64,000 nucleotides of DNA from Gemmatimonadales bacterium. Lineage in GTDB: Bacteria > Gemmatimonadota > Gemmatimonadetes > Gemmatimonadales > GWC2-71-9. A program made the position numbers and the translations under genes. How positions within the stretch are numbered: the stretch's first letter is position 1; each line of letters opens with the position of its first letter. Under the pieces are notes generated by a model. That model made no database searches, had not been told where the DNA came from, and worked only from the letters and a program-made list of their open reading frames with translations. This document shows, piece after piece, positions 61,611-64,000 of the stretch. The stretch is taken from the NCBI GenBank assembly GCA_037189525.1, contig JBBCJC010000003.1, positions 672,001 through 736,000 of the forward strand, in the 5' to 3' direction.

Positions 61611-62536
61611 CCGATGTCCTGATCTTCCCGGGCCAGGGGGCACAGAAAATCGGGATGGCGCGCGACCTGGCCGAGCGCTTTCCCGCGGCCCGCGCCGTGC
61701 TTGAGGAGATCGAACAGGCGCTCGGCATTCCGCTCACCCGGATCATGTGGGATGGCCCCGAGGCCGAGCTGCTCGAGACCCGGAACACCCAGCCCGCGAT
61801 CCTGGCGCATTCGGCCGCGGTCCTCGCCGTAGTGCAGGACCGCCTGGGGCCGGTCGTGGGCGCGGCGGGCCACAGCCTGGGCGAGTACAGCGCCTATCAC
61901 GCGGCCGGCTCGCTGAGCGCCGTCGATGCCGCCCGCCTGGTGCGCCGCCGCGGCGAGTTGATGCACGAGGCAGGGACCACGCGTTCCGGGGCCATGGCGG
62001 CCGTGCTGGGCCTCGATGGTGCTCAGGTCCAGGCCCTCTGCGCCGAGGCGTCGGCGGCCGGGGAGGGGGTGGTCGTGGCTGCGAATCTGAACGCGCCTGA
62101 ACAGACGGTCATCTCCGGCGATCCCGCGGCCGTGGCCCGGGCCGGTGAAGCCGCCAAGGCCGCGGGAGCCAAGCGGGTGCTCCCGCTCAATGTCAGCGGC
62201 GCCTTCCATTCGCCGCTGATGGCTCCGGCCGCCGAAGGGCTCGCCGCCGCGCTGGCGGACGTGACGATGGTGGATCCCGCATTTCCGATCGTGGCCAATG
62301 CGGTCGCGGTGCCGGTGACCACCGCGGCCGAAGCGCGCCGCCTCCTGATCGAACAGCTGACAGCGCCGGTGCGGTGGGTCGAGTCGGCCGTGGCGCTCTC
62401 GCAGCTCGCCGCCGTGGTGCGCTTCGTCGAGCTCGGGCCCGGCACCGTGTTGAGCGGACTCGTGAAGCGGATCGTTCCGGGTGCGCAGTGTGTCACCCTC
62501 GGCACGGCCGCGGAAGTGGAGAAGTTCCTCGGATGA
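61604..62536 (+). CDS. fabD: Malonyl-CoA:ACP transacylase
   Basis: FPGQGAQ, GHSLGE, VSGAFHS. Confidence 0.97.
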   Translation: MVADVLIFPGQGAQKIGMARDLAERFPAARAVLEEIEQALGIPLTRIMWDGPEAELLETRNTQPAILAHSAAVLAVVQDRLGPVVGAAGHSLGEYSAYHAAGSLSAVDAARLVRRRGELMHEAGTTRSGAMAAVLGLDGAQVQALCAEASAAGEGVVVAANLNAPEQTVISGDPAAVARAGEAAKAAGAKRVLPLNVSGAFHSPLMAPAAEGLAAALADVTMVDPAFPIVANAVAVPVTTAAEARRLLIEQLTAPVRWVESAVALSQLAAVVRFVELGPGTVLSGLVKRIVPGAQCVTLGTAAEVEKFLG

Positions 62537-63276
62537 GTATCGCAATCGATTTGACCGGCCAGGTGGCGTTCGTCACCGGCAGCACGCGCGGGATCGGCCT
62601 GGAACTGGCGCGGACTCTGCGCAGCGCCGGTGCCAAGGTGGCGGTGGTCGGCCGGAATGCGGAGCAAGCGGCAGCGGTCGCGGCGACGCTCGGCGACGGA
62701 ACCGTTGGCGTCGGCTGCGATGTCAGTGACGCCGCGCAGGTCGAGGCGGCAATTACCCAGGCGGAGCAGGCGCTCGGCCCGATTTCGATCCTGGTCAACA
62801 ACGCCGGCCTGACTCGCGACAACCTGCTGCTCCGTCTGACCGGCGACGAATGGGATCAGGTGCTCGACGCCAATCTCAAAGGCGCCTTCCACACCACCAA
62901 GGCCGTCATCAAAGGGATGATGAAGCGCCGGGCGGGACGGATCATCAATATCACGAGCGTGGTCGGGCTGATCGGCAACAAGGGCCAGGCCAATTACGCC
63001 GCGAGCAAGGCGGGGCTGATCGGCTTCAGTAAGTCGGTGGCCAAGGAGTACGCCAGCCGGGGTGTGCTGGTCAACTGTATCGCGCCCGGGTTCGTCGAGA
63101 CGGACATGACGGCTGCCTTGCCAGCCGAGGCGCAAGCCGCGTTATTATCCCAAATCGCGTTGGGTCGGTTAGGGCAACCCGCCGATATCGCCGGTGCGGT
63201 GCTCTTCCTCGCCTCCGATCTCGCCCGTTATGTGACCGGGCAGGTCCTGGTGGTCGACGGGGGCATGGTCATTTAA
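62533..63276 (+). CDS. fabG: 3-oxoacyl-ACP reductase
   Basis: [17 protein letters not shown]. Confidence 0.97.
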   Translation: MSIAIDLTGQVAFVTGSTRGIGLELARTLRSAGAKVAVVGRNAEQAAAVAATLGDGTVGVGCDVSDAAQVEAAITQAEQALGPISILVNNAGLTRDNLLLRLTGDEWDQVLDANLKGAFHTTKAVIKGMMKRRAGRIINITSVVGLIGNKGQANYAASKAGLIGFSKSVAKEYASRGVLVNCIAPGFVETDMTAALPAEAQAALLSQIALGRLGQPADIAGAVLFLASDLARYVTGQVLVVDGGMVI

Positions 63277-63289
63277 CTCTGAGGATGAC

Positions 63290-63532
63290 ATGAGCGACAT
63301 GGAAGAAAAGGTCAAGGACATCATCGCCGAAGAGTTGGGCGTCGAACGCGAAAAGCTCACCGAAACGGCGAGCTTCATGGAAGATCTCGGCGCGGACTCG
63401 CTCGACACCGTCGAGCTGGTCATGGCGTTCGAGAAGGAATTCGACATCGACATTCCCGACGAAGAAGCCGAGAAGCTCAAGACGGTCGGCGATGCCCTGC
63501 GGTATCTCCGGGAGAAGCTGGGGAACAAATAG
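63290..63532 (+). CDS. acpP: Acyl carrier protein
   Basis: [12 protein letters not shown]. Confidence 0.98.
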   Translation: MSDMEEKVKDIIAEELGVEREKLTETASFMEDLGADSLDTVELVMAFEKEFDIDIPDEEAEKLKTVGDALRYLREKLGNK

Positions 63533-64000
63533 GTGGCTGCGTCGACCCGTGTCGTGGTCACCGGCTTGGGCATGCTCACGCCGGTGGGCCTCTCGACTGA
63601 GGAGAGCTGGGGCAACCTGCTGGCCGGGAAGTCCGGGGCCGCGCCGATCACCAAGTTCGACGCGAGCCCCTTGCAGGTGCGGTTTGCCTGCGAGGTGAAG
63701 GGCTTCGATCCGTTGCTGTACATGGACAAGAAGGAGGCGCGTCGGTACGACCTCTTTCTGCAGCTGGCGTTGGCCGCAGCGCACCAGGCGGTGACGCAGG
63801 CCGGGCTCGAAGGCAAGTTCCCTGATCCGCTGCGGAGCGGTGTCATCATCGGCAGCGGGATCGGCGGAATGATGACGTTCGAAGAACAGTGCCTGACCTA
63901 CCTCCAGAAGGGGCCGGATCGGGTCTCGCCGTTCTTCGTCCCGATGTTCATTCCGGACATCGCGGCCGGTATCGTGTCGATCCGCTACGGCCTCAAGGGG
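63533..64000 (+). CDS. fabF: 3-oxoacyl-ACP synthase II, 5' part (runs off the window)
   Basis: Own translation from GTG 63533: ASTRVVVTGLGMLTPVG...GVIIGSGIGG...VSPFFVPMFIPD. Confidence 0.95.
   Translation, partial: MAASTRVVVTGLGMLTPVGLSTEESWGNLLAGKSGAAPITKFDASPLQVRFACEVKGFDPLLYMDKKEARRYDLFLQLALAAAHQAVTQAGLEGKFPDPLRSGVIIGSGIGGMMTFEEQCLTYLQKGPDRVSPFFVPMFIPDIAAGIVSIRYGLKG

Overview
This is a high-GC, gene-dense chromosomal window, almost entirely core genome. Gene content and order suggest Gemmatimonadota, but that is inference and not proven from the sequence. 1-9 kb: a pair of exported amidohydrolases, then an ECF sigma / zinc anti-sigma / Spy-CpxP-like trio directly upstream of nfeD-floA-yqfB-like genes, then two 'plug-only' TonB-like paralogues (one a remnant) and ppa. 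9.7-31 kb: tRNA-Leu(CAA), pepA, a lipoprotein, a plug+barrel outer-membrane protein, yicC-gmk-rpoZ-coaBC-udg-dnaB-radA-ispD-tsaC-ywlE-like-aroE-comF, gap-pgk-tpiA-secG-carA, HU/IHF, moaDEA and trmL. 31-64 kb: mdh-sdhCAB, an LVIVD-like lipoprotein, an esterase, dcd, a complete nuoA-N operon, PMM/PGM, a divergent UPF0182 protein, sucCD-ndk and yceD-rpmF-plsX-fabH-fabD-fabG-acpP-fabF (partial). I found no integrase, transposase, CRISPR array, rRNA or defence island. The most interesting signals are: (1) the ECF-linked flotillin module with a SigW/SigX-like AAC-N16-CGTC promoter; (2) a recurrent dyad TAA-N19-TTA (two inverted IHF-like cores) at 6-7 promoters, including that of the HU/IHF gene itself; (3) a perfect Rex/CRP-like palindrome just downstream of the nuo promoter. 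None can be called a proven new system from sequence alone.
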